Shown piece by piece: positions 63,271 through 64,000 of a DNA stretch of 64,000 bases. The position numbers and the translations under genes were made by a program. The stretch is from Barthelona sp. PAP020 (Eukaryota): assembly GCA_040182905.1 (NCBI GenBank), contig JARQWU010000005.1, positions 1-64,000 of the forward strand, given 5' to 3'. Numbering within the stretch: the stretch's first letter is position 1; every line of letters starts with the position of its first letter. The notes below the pieces were generated by a model, which was not told where the DNA came from, did not search any database, and saw only the letters and a program-made list of their open reading frames with translations.

Positions 63271-63547
63271 GATTTCAATTTTGTAAATAGTTAAGTGTGT
63301 GTTATTTATGTTTCAAAATCATTTGTATTTTTTTATTCAAATAAATTGTTGAAGGAATCAAAAAATTTAGCCTGAAAGGCAATGATATCTCAAAAATTGA
63401 TTGAAATCCAGCACTATCTTTCATTCTTTTTCATAATCGTATTTTATCCACATAATATTTATATTTTAATGTATGTTATCGAATAAAGGATGCAAAATTG
63501 TACAAAATTGTTTTTGTGGTTCATTTTTACTTTTTTCTGATTCTTTT

Positions 63548-64000
63548 ATGTTACCCCAACCAGAACAATCAACTTTATTTGATTTTTTAAATGGAGAAAT
63601 TGAACAATTGAAAAATGATTTATTATCTTCAATGAAAACCCTTAATGAACAAGCAAATCAAATAAAGAAAGAATTTGAAGAGGAATTTTCAAAGAATAGA
63701 ATTGATTACATATCCATGAAATCTTCAAACATAAAACTATCTGATAGAATGGATGAAATAGTGTTGGAAAATCAAAAAATACTTAAAGAATTGAAAGTTA
63801 TCAAGGAAGACAATAGTAATTTAAGAATTGAAGTTGAAAATTTGAAAACTGAAAATACAAAATTAAAAACCAAATTCAGAGCTGTTACAGAGGCAACAAA
63901 TTCTAATTTTTCCAAAGCTGATGAGAATTTTACACAAGTTCATGGTATTTTGAATGAATTAACAACCCAAATCAATGAATTAACCATTCAATTTAATGAA
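63548..64000 (+). CDS. Coiled-coil protein, partial (runs off window end)
   Basis: ATG 63548 opens 151 stop-free codons (MLPQPEQSTLFDFLNGEIEQLKNDLL...). Not in the ORF track. Confidence 0.8.
   Translation, partial: MLPQPEQSTLFDFLNGEIEQLKNDLLSSMKTLNEQANQIKKEFEEEFSKNRIDYISMKSSNIKLSDRMDEIVLENQKILKELKVIKEDNSNLRIEVENLKTENTKLKTKFRAVTEATNSNFSKADENFTQVHGILNELTTQINELTIQFNE

Noticed and set aside
1..64000. Alternative genetic code (TAA/TAG reassignment as in hexamitid diplomonads)
   Set aside because: Conserved genes end at their expected C-termini with TAA, TAG and TGA, and long ORFs are intact in the standard code.

Overview
AT-rich, very gene-dense eukaryotic DNA read in the standard genetic code, with about 40 protein genes. 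Almost all are intronless and intergenic gaps are typically 40-500 bp. Flagellar genes (RSPH14, BBIP1, NME7, kintoun-like, roadblock) and one 35-nt intron with a branch point fused to the 3' splice site point to a flagellated, metamonad-like protist; this is inference. Main observations: (1) an unannotated, highly base-paired ~300-380 nt RNA-like element at 31.1-31.5 kb, with features compatible with, but not proving, a telomerase-type RNA; (2) an old inverted duplication (NME7 - cyclase-like - NSUN2) spanning 1-35.7 kb, with short perfectly identical tracts suggesting gene conversion; (3) a CARMIL-like gene whose N-terminus needs a -1 frame change, at a spot with two canonical slippery heptamers (programmed frameshift or homopolymer assembly error); (4) a repeat-flanked ankyrin island; (5) several apparent pseudo-enzymes or truncated proteins; (6) a recurrent TGTRAA motif just after stop codons. 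All product calls come from motif recognition by eye; no searches were run.
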